Assembly: GCA_963753345.1 (NCBI GenBank)
Contig: CAVWBU010000049.1
Coordinates: 192,001 to 256,000 of the forward strand
DNA: 64,000 bases
DNA from: an uncultured Fibrobacterota bacterium
GTDB taxonomy: Bacteria; Fibrobacterota; Chitinivibrionia; Chitinivibrionales; FEN-1185
Direction: 5' to 3'
This document shows positions 39,201-49,686 of the stretch, in pieces. Position 1 is the first letter of the stretch. Each line of letters begins with the position of its first letter. Both the position numbers and the translations under genes were made by a program. Under the pieces are notes generated by a model, which was given only the letters and a program-made list of their open reading frames with translations, was not told where the DNA came from and did not search any database.

Positions 39201-40921
39201 CCTCGTGCCCGGCGCATGGTGCTACGACGGCGCCAGCGGCGCCATATATCAGGACGGTCTGGGCAGCGGCGGACGCCAGACGCCCGTGGTGATCGGGGAC
39301 AGCGGCGCCGGGCCGCTCAACCAAGCGCCGTCGACGGCGAACAAGACCGATGAGTGTTTTCAGAATGGAACCGACACGATAAAATTCATCCTCTACTACG
39401 CGCCGTACGGCGGCGACACCGCGCACCAGATTTTTGTGTCGCTGGGCAGCCTAAATGCAAGCACCGTGCCGTTCACGCTCCTTCCGGGCGCTCTCAACTC
39501 GCTCGCCCTGGAAGACGCGAACGGCGTCCATCAGCCCGATACCCTGCACCTGAATTATCCCGCAGGGCATGCGGTGGTGTATGCAGTCGGGTACGACCGG
39601 TTCGGCAACAAGATCGGCCCGGAAAACAGCACCTGGACCTATTCCAACACGCTCCACTCGGAACCCAACTCGACCGACGTGTCGAGGATCTACTATGAGA
39701 CCGGCGGCGTCACCTCGGACGAACAGGGCTCGCTTATGGCCACGGCCGCGGGCGGCGTGAAAGACAGCATGTACATCTTCGTGAAGGGGCCGCTGTCGTC
39801 GCTCGATTCGGCGGTGACGCGCGACGTCAACGGCGACGGCTATCTTGACGAAATAGAATTGTACTTCAACAAGCCGGTCACCATGCTTCCGTCGACCAAC
39901 TTCACCATCACCTCGAACGGGGTCGTCTTTACGGTGGACAGCGTGAGAGCCGTGGGAACGACGGGGACGCATTATGTCGTATACCTGCAGGAGCAGCAGA
40001 ACGGCCAGCCACAGACGGCTTGGAAACCTCTGGTGAGCATCACCGGAATGCAGGGAGTTGCAGATATCAAGAATTTCACGGCCACAGACGGCGCAGGCCC
40101 GGTGATCTGGACAATCACCAAGACGATCGTCAATCCCGAGGACAGGTCGCAGGACGTGATAACCGTGACGTTTTCCGAGCCCATCACCGGGCCCGGCGGA
40201 AGCCAGTTTGCCTGGTCAACGGTAAAGCCGTCCAGTGTTCTTACCGTGTACCTCCCCAATCCATCCGGCACAGGGTACGACACGCTGTATAACGCTCTCG
40301 ACAGCATCGCCTCGTTTGCCCAGGTGATCGGCGACAGCATCGTCAAGTTCACCGTGACAAACGGCAACGATATCACGCAGAACGATTACATGAACATCAA
40401 GGTGACGGCCGGGCAGATATTCGACGCAAGGGGAAACGCGCCCGTGACGGACAACCGGAAGGCGCCGGTGAAGGTGATCGGCGCGCTGCCTCCACGGATT
40501 ATTGCGGTGCCCAACCCGTCCGGCCCCACGTTCCTCCACGAGCAGCCCGGGACGCTTAATTTTGCAAACAATCCCAATGCGCGGAACTGGGTGAGGCTCG
40601 AGCGCGCCGGCACGGTGATAACGTTCAAGATAGCCATTCCGTCAACCCCGGGCGAAGTCGTGACCGGGTATCTTAAAATCTATGACGCGGTGGGAAACAC
40701 GGTGATAACCGCGGACTCAAAGGATGTGATGGCCTCGCTTAAGTCAAACGGCGCCAACGACAGCAGCGCCTACGACTACGACATCTACTGGAACGGTTCG
40801 AACGAAAAGGGCACACAAGGTGGCGCCCGGTGTTTATCGCACCGTTGTTTACCTTACCTACACTTCTCCCGCCAAGAGCGAGAAGAAGCGGCTGTGGGGA
40901 ACGGTCGGGATAACGTACTAG
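36224..40921 (+). CDS. Fibro-slime domain surface protein, two stalk modules (~1565 aa after repairing a -1 indel near 37807 and a +1 indel near 40815)
   Basis: ORFs 36218-37843 and 37888-41055 join through YVSNITYDALRIV; the repaired end KRLWGTVGITY-stop matches the paralog at 35876. Confidence 0.85.
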
Positions 40922-40925
40922 GCGA
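39795..40925 (+). repeat. ~1.13 kb near-identical 3' block, copy 2
   Basis: Matches 34742-35880. Confidence 0.9.
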
Positions 40926-40944
40926 AGGTGCTTGCAGTGCGAGG

Positions 40945-40986
40945 AAGATCCCGGGGAAGATCCTTTCCCGGGATCTTTCTGTTTTT
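40945..40986 (+). terminator. Intrinsic terminator
   Basis: AAGATCCCGGGGAAG/CTTTCCCGGGATCTT followed by a T tail; homologous to the 35900 terminator. Confidence 0.75.
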
Positions 40987-41069
40987 GCGCGGTTTTGTCA
41001 AGGCATTTTACAGAAAAAGGGGAAAGCCACGAAAAGGCTGTTTTTAATCGATTAATCCCACCTAAGTCT

Positions 41070-41096
41070 TGAACCTTTCCTGCCATTATCGCGACT
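41070..41096 (+). promoter_or_regulatory. Shared ECF-type promoter motif, copy 4
   Basis: TGAAC-N16-GCGACT. Confidence 0.75.
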
Positions 41097-41437
41097 ATAA
41101 GAGAGAAGTGCATCCCTTTTCCGGGGTTACGCTGATTGGGACAGCTTTCCCTCCACATAGAAAGGCGCCGGGATACCTGCCCCATTACGTTCAGGAAGAA
41201 AATTAGCATTGTAAATTGGAGTCGAGTGAGTGTATAATAGGTAACAATAGGATTTGAGTTTGCGGGCGGAAGGGCTGGTTTGAGGAATCCGGAATAAGCG
41301 ATTAAATTGCAGCGACCGGAACAGAGGTTCTTCAATGTGCAATTACGGCTGCTTGCCGCGCAGAGAACATACGGATACGACGCGGTCTGAAGGGTTTACA
41401 AATACCACCTTTGCGGTCTGAACGGAAGGAATGTTTC

Positions 41438-44400
41438 ATGAAAAAGGTGATTGCTGCCTGCTGCCTGTTTCTGCTGTACGCGTCCGCGAGGGTCGGGGCG
41501 CAGATCTATCCGGCAACGCTCCAGGTTCCCATTGACATTTTCGACTATCACTCGGACGGAAGCTGCCCGGATTTCAATCCCGGCGCGGGGGTGCCGAATG
41601 TCTGGCTCACCCACCTGGTGCAGGACACGCTGGACCAGGACGGGCTTCCCGTCAGGGGAACGGCGTTCCTTTACAGCTGGGAACTAGGGAAGTGGTGGCG
41701 CCAGTGGCGGCAGGGCAACGACTACGAAAGACCCGTCTATGCAACCGGCGGCAGGAGCGTCACGCAGCTGCAGAATGCTCCCCAGATAACCTATGACACG
41801 TCGTACAAGAACATCCTCGTTCGGCAGAATCTTCCGTTCACGTACATTGCAGGTTCACAGGGACAGTATCAGTATCAGAACGGCGCCTTCTTCCCCCTCG
41901 ACAACGCAGGCTTCCAGGCAAACGGCAATCCTCCGGACCCGACAAGGGATGTCGGCGGCAATCTCATCAACAGGGCCACCAACTTGCACAACTATTCCTT
42001 TGCGACTCACATCCACAGGATTTTCAAGTACGTCAACGGAACCACGCTTGCCAATCAACTCATTTTTGAATTCCGCGGCGACGACGACCTGTGGGTGTTC
42101 ATCAACAGCCATCTCGTTCTCGATCTCGGCGGCATTCACACCACCATTCACGGATCCTTTGTCCTCGCCAACGGAAACGCCGTGGTGTGGGAGAATTTCA
42201 AGAATAATGACATGAGCGATACAATGACCGCTCCAACAAAACTGGTTGTCAACCTCGGTCTCAAGGACAGCTCAACCGCCGCCATCGATGTGTTCTTCTG
42301 CGAGCGCCAGTCCACGGGCTCCGACATCGAGGTGACCTCAAACATTATTACGGCGCCGCCGCAAACGCTTTCCATGCAAACCATCCCTGCAACCGACACA
42401 ATAGCAGCCGGAGAAACGATGCAGATGTTCGCCACGATTCTGGACGATACCGGCGGCGTGAGGCCCGAATACGCCAATCTTGTCACGTGGGTACTCCTTC
42501 CAACGGGAACGCGCAGCAGCATAAAGACCACGCAGGGCGGCTTCAACACATTTTACGCTGTTGACGCGTACAAATGGTACAACATCATCGGCACCTTTGT
42601 CGACCCGACCAATCCGGGTCGCATAATTCTCGACACGGTGAAAGTCTACGTGGTCCCTGCCGCTCCCTCGCATCTCACCATAGAGGCGAGTCCGGTTTCC
42701 GCAACGAACCTTAACGCCGACAACCGTCTCGGGTCAATCACCTTTCCGAGTTCCACGCAGATGGAGGACGTGTACGCGGTGCTGCGGGACCGGTTCGGCA
42801 ACTTTGTGAGCTATGCCACGCTTGCGGCGTGGGTTTCGGACAACACCGCCGTGGTGACGGTCGCGCCGGGCAACACGAGCCTCGGCCAGGGCGCCATTAC
42901 GCGCCAGACAAACCAGACCGCAAGCACCTACGTCTCGGCGGCGCAGAACGGATGGACCGACTCGGTGCAGGTTATTCTGAGCAACGTCACCTACTCCCAG
43001 ATTCAGATCGTGGGAAGGCTCACCGGCACCAGCGCCATCGACAGCATCGCCAGTTTGCAAATGCGAACCGACCAGGACACCACGCTGTGGGCGCTGGGGC
43101 TTGAAGCGCGCACCGACGGCGTTGTCCAATGGGACCAGATCCAGGTGATGTGGGGCAACACCGCGGGCATGTCGTTCAACAACGGAGCTCCGACCAATGC
43201 GAATTCGTGGTCGTTCCAGCCGCTCACCCAGGCCACGGGGAAGATTTTTATCGTGTGGGGCTCGGGCGCCCAACAGCGGAGTGACACGATAACGGCGATA
43301 TTCAACTATGGCCTGCCGGACCACATGGCGCTGTATCCTGCGAGGGGCCAGCCGGATGTGGGCACCAACGTCATGTACGGGCCGACAAAGACCGTTACTG
43401 CGGGGCAGGCGCTGCCCCTGGATGCCGCGCTTTTTTCCGCGAGCAACCAGTGGCTGAGCGCATTCGAGACGGACAATGCGCCCATTACGTGGACCATCCA
43501 GGAGCTCACAGGCGCGACCAACACGGGGACGCTCAACAAGTACACGGGAGATCTGGTAAGCTTTACCGGGTACAAGGCAACCCAGACGGTGAAGGTGACG
43601 GCGACGTTTTCCAATAATGGGATCACCATTTCGCAATTTATCAACATCACGATAACGGCCGGCCCTGCGGCAAAGCTGGTGATAGAGCCGGACACCACGG
43701 GCCGCACTGCGTATGTCAACGATCCCACGGGCGCGCACCGTGCGCAGAACCTGGGAGGTCTTACCATTGCGGGCTCGGCGACGACCGTTGCCGCATACGC
43801 GGTCCTGCGCGATCAATACGGCAATTTTGTCGCATTTTCCAATCCCACAAACTGGACCTCGCGCGCCGACTCGATAGTGGTTGCCCAGCGCGGAGACATG
43901 ACGTTCGGCCAGGGGATCATGATGCGCGAGACGAATGTGGGGCAATCGTGGGTCCAGGCGCAGGACAGCATTCTCGGTTTTACCGACAGCGTCCTGGTGG
44001 TGATAAGCAACATCACCTACACGGCGCTGCGGATCGTGGTGCGTGATTCGACGGTGATAACGAATCTCGGCATGACCATAGATATGGACACGACGCTCAA
44101 GGTGCAGGGCCTGCGGTCGGACAACCAGGTATGGGAGTATGTGAAGGCGAACTGGTCCGCGACTGCCGGTTTACAGAACGCGACGGCGGCGCCCGGCTCG
44201 TCGATAAGCTGGGACATTGCTCCCAAAGATACCGGGCATGCGTGGATTAAGGTGTCTCTCACCGGAGCCACGCCGGATTCAATATCCGTTACGGTGGGCG
44301 CCGGCGTTCCCCAATACATAGTGCTGTACCCTGCGGAGGGCGCGCCCGGTCCGGCGAACACCGCGTATCCCGGCCCCGGACAGGTTATCATCGATTCAGC

Positions 44401-47140
44401 CGGCAAGGCGCTGCCCGTGGTGGCAAAGGTGTTTGACAAGGCGGGCGACTGGCTGAGTTCGTTTGAGACGCCGTCGTCGCCGGTGACGTGGAGCATCGTG
44501 GAACTTCAGGGTAACACGGATGTACCGACGGGAACATTGCCTCAGCCGCAAACCGGCGACAAGACCGTGCTCATGGCGACCAAAGCGAACAATACCATTC
44601 TGGTGATTGCAGAGTTTGCGCAGAACGGTCAGGACTTTAAGGATTCGATCAAGGTGACGGTGGCGCCGGGGAAGCCGGACCATTTGTCGCTGGAACCGTC
44701 GGCGGACGCGTTTGCGTCGCCTCACAAGGACAATCCCGAGGATACCGTTCTGATACCCGGAAACGCGACCAATGCCTATGTGTATGCGGTGATCCGCGAT
44801 CAGTACGGGAATTTTATCAGCGCGTCGCAAAGCACGGGATGGCTGAGCCGCGACGTTTCGGCGGTGACGGTGGACGACGGCCAGAAGAGCCTTGGGCAGG
44901 GTGTGATAACAAGGAGCGGGGTAAAGACCCAGGCCATGGTGGTGGCTACGAGCTTGAACTATCCCGGTTTGACCGATTCGACGCTGGCGGTAGTTCTCAC
45001 CTATTATTATACCGCTCTGAGGATTGTTGATCCCAACGGGAACCCCATAACGAGTCTCACGATGAACACGAACCAGGACACGACCTTGATCATGCAGGGA
45101 CAGCGTTCCGATAACGGTCAGTGGGAAAACGTACCGGGTACGTGGCAGACGACGTCGGGCCTTGTCACAACGCCGGGCGCACCCAGCAACGTGAGTACCT
45201 GGACTTTTTCGCCCGACACGCCGGGCACCGGCACCATCACGGTAACCTACGGCACCGACACGGTGACCACGAAGCCTTATCACCTGAGCGCAACCTTCAC
45301 GGTTGGCCCGCCGGTATCGATAGAGACCGAGATTTTAACGCCGGTGAATCTGCGTGTGGCCGGTGACACGATTGTGGCGGTGACGCGGATCATGAACAAG
45401 GACGGGCTGGTGCCCGGACCGTACTGCGATTCCGCCACATATCAGAACGCATTGGGCACGGGCGGGCGGCCGAACCCCACGGTTGACAGCGTGAAAATGG
45501 GGACGAGTATGTACGAGTGTTTCCAGAACGGGATAGACACCGTGAAATACGTGTTGTACTATGCGCCTGCAGACCCGGACAGCCTTGAGAAGGTGACGGT
45601 GAAGTTCGAGGGGGACAGCGCGTCTTCACAGCCGTTCACGCTGCATCCCGGGGCCCTTGCGCGGCTGTCTCTCGAGGACGTCAACGGGAACCAGCTTGAT
45701 TCGATAAACCTGAATTATCCTGCGGGCGCGCAGTCGATCATCGCGGTGGGGTACGATGCGTACGGGAACCTGCGCGGACCGGAGATAAGCACGTGGGGAA
45801 CGAGCGGGACGCTGCACGCGATCGACAATCCGACGGATGTGGTGCGGGTGTATTACACGTCGGGCTCGGTGAAGGGCAACGAGAGCGGGTATATCCATGC
45901 AACTGCCATCGGGATAGGCGGCAAGTCGGTGAGCGACAGCACCAAGGTGACGATAACCGGCCCCGGCACCACTCTTATAAGCGCGGTGACGGAGGATTCG
46001 TCGGGAAACGGGTATCTCGACCATATCATTTTGCACTTCAACAAGCTCACAACGTTTCCTCCGGGCGCTCAGATTGTTATCACGGAGGGAAACGGAAAGT
46101 ATGTTCTGCCTGTTGATAGCGTTACGGGGCTCACCTCGTCGACGGATTCGGTGTTTGTGGTGACGCTTGCCGAGCCGAAGAACGGTGATCCGGATTACGG
46201 GATTCCGGAGACGGACTGGAAGCCGGAAATCTCGATAACGGGCATGACGGGAGTGAAGCAGATAACGGACTTTACCGCGACGGACGGCGCCGGTCCGGTG
46301 ATTTGGAGTGTGACGAAGACGATTATGTCGCCTTCAGACCGCCAGCAGGACCAGGTGACGGTGGTGCTGAGCGAGCCGATCGGCACCAGCGGAAACGATT
46401 TCAGCCTTGCGACGTGGCCGCAGAACATGATTCTGGTGTGGAAGGATTCCGTGTTTGTGGTCAACGGGGTGAGCCATGACACGCTGGTGCAAGTGAAGGG
46501 GATGCTGGACAGCATCCTGGGATTTTACCAGGTGGTAAACGACTCGACGATCACGTTTTACATGACGAACGGAAAGGACATGACGGGGCGTGATTATCTG
46601 AGCCTTGTGTCGGACACGAACGTGACGAAGCTGACGGACAAGGGCCCGTTGGTGCCGAACCCGCCGGTCGCGGACAACCAGAAGGTTCAGGTGATCGTGA
46701 AGAGCACACCTGCGCGTGCGCTCATCGTTGTTCCCAACCCGTCGGGGCCGACGTTCAACCGTGAGAATCCTGGAGTTCTCAATTTAATGAACCAGCCGTT
46801 TGCGCGGGACTGGGTGCGGCAGGACGGCGCGGGGACCGTGATGACGTTCAAGGTATCGCCCGCGAGCGGGGAGACGGTAACGGGGTATCTGATGATATAC
46901 GACGCGGTGGGAAACCTGGTTATCTCCGCAGACAGTTCGAAGTCCACAGCCGGGATTATTCCCGCGAGCTGGACGACCGGCGCCCAGAGCACCTACGATT
47001 TCGACATCTACTGGAACGGCTCGAACGGGAGAGGTTCGAAGGTGGCGTCGGGCGTATACAGGGCGGTGCTTTTCCTGAAATACGCATCGGCGACCGGCTC
47101 GAGAAACTCCAGGCTCTTCGGGACCGTGGGAATACGGTAA
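41438..47140 (+). CDS. Fibro-slime domain surface protein, three stalk modules (1900 aa)
   Basis: Signal peptide; FRGDDDLWVFINSHLVLDLGGIH; three (L/I)RDxxGNF plus D(Q/M)DTTL modules; DSSGNGYLD; IYWNGSNGRGSKVASGVY. Confidence 0.9.
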   Translation: MKKVIAACCLFLLYASARVGAQIYPATLQVPIDIFDYHSDGSCPDFNPGAGVPNVWLTHLVQDTLDQDGLPVRGTAFLYSWELGKWWRQWRQGNDYERPVYATGGRSVTQLQNAPQITYDTSYKNILVRQNLPFTYIAGSQGQYQYQNGAFFPLDNAGFQANGNPPDPTRDVGGNLINRATNLHNYSFATHIHRIFKYVNGTTLANQLIFEFRGDDDLWVFINSHLVLDLGGIHTTIHGSFVLANGNAVVWENFKNNDMSDTMTAPTKLVVNLGLKDSSTAAIDVFFCERQSTGSDIEVTSNIITAPPQTLSMQTIPATDTIAAGETMQMFATILDDTGGVRPEYANLVTWVLLPTGTRSSIKTTQGGFNTFYAVDAYKWYNIIGTFVDPTNPGRIILDTVKVYVVPAAPSHLTIEASPVSATNLNADNRLGSITFPSSTQMEDVYAVLRDRFGNFVSYATLAAWVSDNTAVVTVAPGNTSLGQGAITRQTNQTASTYVSAAQNGWTDSVQVILSNVTYSQIQIVGRLTGTSAIDSIASLQMRTDQDTTLWALGLEARTDGVVQWDQIQVMWGNTAGMSFNNGAPTNANSWSFQPLTQATGKIFIVWGSGAQQRSDTITAIFNYGLPDHMALYPARGQPDVGTNVMYGPTKTVTAGQALPLDAALFSASNQWLSAFETDNAPITWTIQELTGATNTGTLNKYTGDLVSFTGYKATQTVKVTATFSNNGITISQFINITITAGPAAKLVIEPDTTGRTAYVNDPTGAHRAQNLGGLTIAGSATTVAAYAVLRDQYGNFVAFSNPTNWTSRADSIVVAQRGDMTFGQGIMMRETNVGQSWVQAQDSILGFTDSVLVVISNITYTALRIVVRDSTVITNLGMTIDMDTTLKVQGLRSDNQVWEYVKANWSATAGLQNATAAPGSSISWDIAPKDTGHAWIKVSLTGATPDSISVTVGAGVPQYIVLYPAEGAPGPANTAYPGPGQVIIDSAGKALPVVAKVFDKAGDWLSSFETPSSPVTWSIVELQGNTDVPTGTLPQPQTGDKTVLMATKANNTILVIAEFAQNGQDFKDSIKVTVAPGKPDHLSLEPSADAFASPHKDNPEDTVLIPGNATNAYVYAVIRDQYGNFISASQSTGWLSRDVSAVTVDDGQKSLGQGVITRSGVKTQAMVVATSLNYPGLTDSTLAVVLTYYYTALRIVDPNGNPITSLTMNTNQDTTLIMQGQRSDNGQWENVPGTWQTTSGLVTTPGAPSNVSTWTFSPDTPGTGTITVTYGTDTVTTKPYHLSATFTVGPPVSIETEILTPVNLRVAGDTIVAVTRIMNKDGLVPGPYCDSATYQNALGTGGRPNPTVDSVKMGTSMYECFQNGIDTVKYVLYYAPADPDSLEKVTVKFEGDSASSQPFTLHPGALARLSLEDVNGNQLDSINLNYPAGAQSIIAVGYDAYGNLRGPEISTWGTSGTLHAIDNPTDVVRVYYTSGSVKGNESGYIHATAIGIGGKSVSDSTKVTITGPGTTLISAVTEDSSGNGYLDHIILHFNKLTTFPPGAQIVITEGNGKYVLPVDSVTGLTSSTDSVFVVTLAEPKNGDPDYGIPETDWKPEISITGMTGVKQITDFTATDGAGPVIWSVTKTIMSPSDRQQDQVTVVLSEPIGTSGNDFSLATWPQNMILVWKDSVFVVNGVSHDTLVQVKGMLDSILGFYQVVNDSTITFYMTNGKDMTGRDYLSLVSDTNVTKLTDKGPLVPNPPVADNQKVQVIVKSTPARALIVVPNPSGPTFNRENPGVLNLMNQPFARDWVRQDGAGTVMTFKVSPASGETVTGYLMIYDAVGNLVISADSSKSTAGIIPASWTTGAQSTYDFDIYWNGSNGRGSKVASGVYRAVLFLKYASATGSRNSRLFGTVGIR

Positions 47141-47171
47141 AAGGTTACACCTGCGCAATCGCCGCAGGCAC

Positions 47172-47212
47172 AAAAAAAGGCCGCGCCCCTGTACCAGGGG
47201 CGCGGCCTTTTT
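47172..47212. terminator. Bidirectional intrinsic terminator
   Basis: A7-GGCCGCGCCCCTG-TAC-CAGGGGCGCGGCC-T5 between convergent genes. Confidence 0.88.
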
Positions 47213-47230
47213 GCTTTGAGAGGGGGGAAC

Positions 47231-47644
47231 TTACATTCTGTCGATAAATTGCCCGGAGTCGGCGCAGGTCTCGAGCTCGATCCGCAAGTTGATGATATCG
47301 TCTCTGGTGATGTACTCGTCGCAATGGGAGAACATGGCCGGCGCGACGCACCTTCCCGAAGCGCGGGCCGAAAGCGAAAGAACTCCCCGCGCGCGCTGCG
47401 AGCACATCGCCCCGGGTTGTTCTTTCGTGATGCTGTGCAGTATTTTAAGAACCGTGGTGTCGCGCCGGCTTTTTCGTATTCTGTCAATTTGATTCCGGTT
47501 CAGCATAAAACAGCGGGTCTTGTAGTAGATAAGCGGGGCGGAGCACAGCGGGCAGCCGAGGATTATCATTGAAGCGTTGTTGCTCAGGAGGACCTCAAAC
47601 GGCTTCCCGCAGTGCGGACATTCAATGGCGATCGTGGTGACCAT
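47231..47644 (-). CDS. Hypothetical protein with an N-terminal zinc ribbon
   Basis: ECPHCG...GCPLC; C-terminal ITRDDIINLRIELE. Confidence 0.65.
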   Translation of the reverse strand: MVTTIAIECPHCGKPFEVLLSNNASMIILGCPLCSAPLIYYKTRCFMLNRNQIDRIRKSRRDTTVLKILHSITKEQPGAMCSQRARGVLSLSARASGRCVAPAMFSHCDEYITRDDIINLRIELETCADSGQFIDRM

Positions 47645-47727
47645 GACAGCGCCGCTTTCTTTCCGGTTTTGGCACGAGGAACCTTTGCAACTTAATTGTA
47701 CCACGCCAGAGGGGATAAGTCAAGAAA

Positions 47728-48660
47728 ATGAGCGAAGAAACAAAGGTTGGACAGGACAGAGCCGAAGCGGCTGAAAAAGAAGTCAGATGCCTTATTTCCA
47801 TAACAAAAAGAGCGCTTAAGCGTGTAAGGTCAAAATTGCAAAAACAGGATGAAGAGCTCAAAGAGGCCCGGCAATTCGCGCTGTTTGCGCAGATCGCGGA
47901 CTCTCTGCTTGCGCATCCGGAAGAAGTCGCCCGCGGTGCGTCTGCGGCATCAATCGAGAACATCCACGAACAGCGCCGGGAGGACGTGGCACTGGATCCT
48001 GCCCGAACGGTATTTGAAAATGCCGAGGAATATTACCGGAGATCAAGGAAAGGGAAACGAGGTCTTCCGATCATAGAAAAGAAACTTACGGAAACACGCG
48101 GCGAAGAATCCCGTTGTGCAGGGGTTTTAACGGCGCTCGAATTGATGAGAGACGATCCCGCACCGGATCCGGCCGTGGCGGCCGGAAAGTCGGCCGAGGC
48201 CCGGACAGCGCTGGAGAACCTCGGCGTTCTTCCCAGGAGCCGGGCGCCGCGGCCGAAAAGCGAAGCGGACGGCGTGCCGTACAGGCACCTGAGCCTTGAC
48301 GGATGGGATATCTACATCGGCAGGAACGACGCCCAGAACGACGAACTCACCACGCGCTTCGCGCGGCCGTGGGACGTGTGGATGCACGTTGCGGCGAGTC
48401 CCGGGTCGCATGTGCTTGTCCGCCGGGATAAAAACGCTCCGTGGCCGCAAAAGGATCTTCTTGTCAAGGCCGCCTCGTTCGCCGTCTGGTTTTCAAAGGC
48501 AAAGCACACGTCGTATGCCGATGTCAACATAACCGAGGCGCGGTTCGTCCACAAGCGGCGCCACGCGCCGCCTGGAGAGGTTGTGGTCGACCGGTGCAAG
48601 ACGCTGCGCGTCGCGCCGAAGTCGCCCCAGGAATACTTCGGCGGCGATTTCGATAAGTAA
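47728..48660 (+). CDS. NFACT (RqcH/FbpA)-family protein: coiled coil + NFACT-R domain only
   Basis: ENAEEYYRRSRKGKR; IYIGRNDAQNDELT; DVWMH...PGSHVLV. Confidence 0.85.
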   Translation: MSEETKVGQDRAEAAEKEVRCLISITKRALKRVRSKLQKQDEELKEARQFALFAQIADSLLAHPEEVARGASAASIENIHEQRREDVALDPARTVFENAEEYYRRSRKGKRGLPIIEKKLTETRGEESRCAGVLTALELMRDDPAPDPAVAAGKSAEARTALENLGVLPRSRAPRPKSEADGVPYRHLSLDGWDIYIGRNDAQNDELTTRFARPWDVWMHVAASPGSHVLVRRDKNAPWPQKDLLVKAASFAVWFSKAKHTSYADVNITEARFVHKRRHAPPGEVVVDRCKTLRVAPKSPQEYFGGDFDK

Positions 48661-48746
48661 AGCAGCCAGCCTCCACGGCCAACAAATACCTTGCCCACAT
48701 GGCAAACCGGTATTATTTTAGTAGCGGTTTTTTTGACGAGAATGAT

Positions 48747-48823
<77 letters not shown>

Positions 48824-48830
48824 ATAAAAC

Positions 48831-48862
48831 AAAAAAAGCTGGCCATGAGGTCAGCTTTTTTT
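48831..48862 (+). terminator. Intrinsic terminator after the tRNA
   Basis: A7-GCTGGCC-ATGA-GGTCAGC-T7. Confidence 0.8.
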
Positions 48863-48878
48863 GTTTTTGTTTATTGGT

Positions 48879-48984
48879 GCGGGGTATAGACGAAGATCGT
48901 CGTTCAAAGCTGCAGGCGCAGCCAAGGCTTGGGCGACCACAACTGCATTGAAGGTTGCGGAGCCAAATCGAGCCCCCGCTACCA
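48879..48984 (+). repeat. Degenerate tRNA-Met relic / att-like site 1
   Basis: GCGGGG...GAAGATCGTCGTTCAAA, then a ~55-bp palindromic insert, then AAATCGAGCCCCCGCTACCA. Confidence 0.7.
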
Positions 48985-49455
48985 TATATAACCCTCAGAC
49001 GGGTTGGTAACTTAGGCCGGTCTTGTAACCGGCCTTTGTTATTTTTTGGTCACACTGTTGGTCATGTCGCAGCTGCCCGAATGATTTCCTACGTTTGAAT
49101 AGCACAGCCCGCGCAATCCCCGCGAGTTCGCTTACGCGGCTACTCCTGTGGTATGTATGCAGGCGTAGTCGTGGTGGCGCGGGGTTAGCGGGCGAATATT
49201 TATTATTCTATTTCCTTAGCTATGGAAGACCACGCAGTAGAGGCCGCAGACGTGCTTCGACCGCATGGCCAATCCCCGCCACTTCAGGCGGGGTTTTTCA
49301 ATCCCATAGTCCACCTGTCAAAATTTATTAATGTATCGGATTGGTGAACAAAGTTGTTAACTAACAGCCGCTTTCGGAACCGCGGGCAGTTAGATTATTT
49401 GCGGATGAGTTTCGTGATTGGTGATTTTTCGGTTAGTATCGACAGGAGGTATGAG

Positions 49456-49650
49456 ATGTCTTGCAAAATGCGATTTTTATTCCTTGACAGGTATCAACGA
49501 CGATTGTCGCATATGTCACTTGGTGCGATTCTGGCGTTATTGACAATATGCATAGCTATCCGGGCCCAGGACACCGTAGATGCCACGACACTAACCGGCA
49601 AATACATGTGCGGTCTCGTCTGCGGCGAATATGGCGCTTCCGTCTGCTGA
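49456..49650 (+). pseudogene. Truncated secreted protein, possibly the N-terminus of a GH71/99-like hydrolase
   Basis: AGGAGG RBS; signal peptide; AQDTVDATTLTGKYMCG then an abrupt end just before a tRNA relic. Family call is from recalled similarity to ...TLxGKVMCGYQGWF. Confidence 0.4.
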
Positions 49651-49686
49651 TTTTACAACTTATTCGCCATATTCAACTTGTCAATA

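Noticed and set aside
40816-41055. Distinct C-terminal tail of ORF 37888-41055
   Set aside because: It is a frameshift product; the paralog-matching end is in another frame and stops at 40921, before a terminator.
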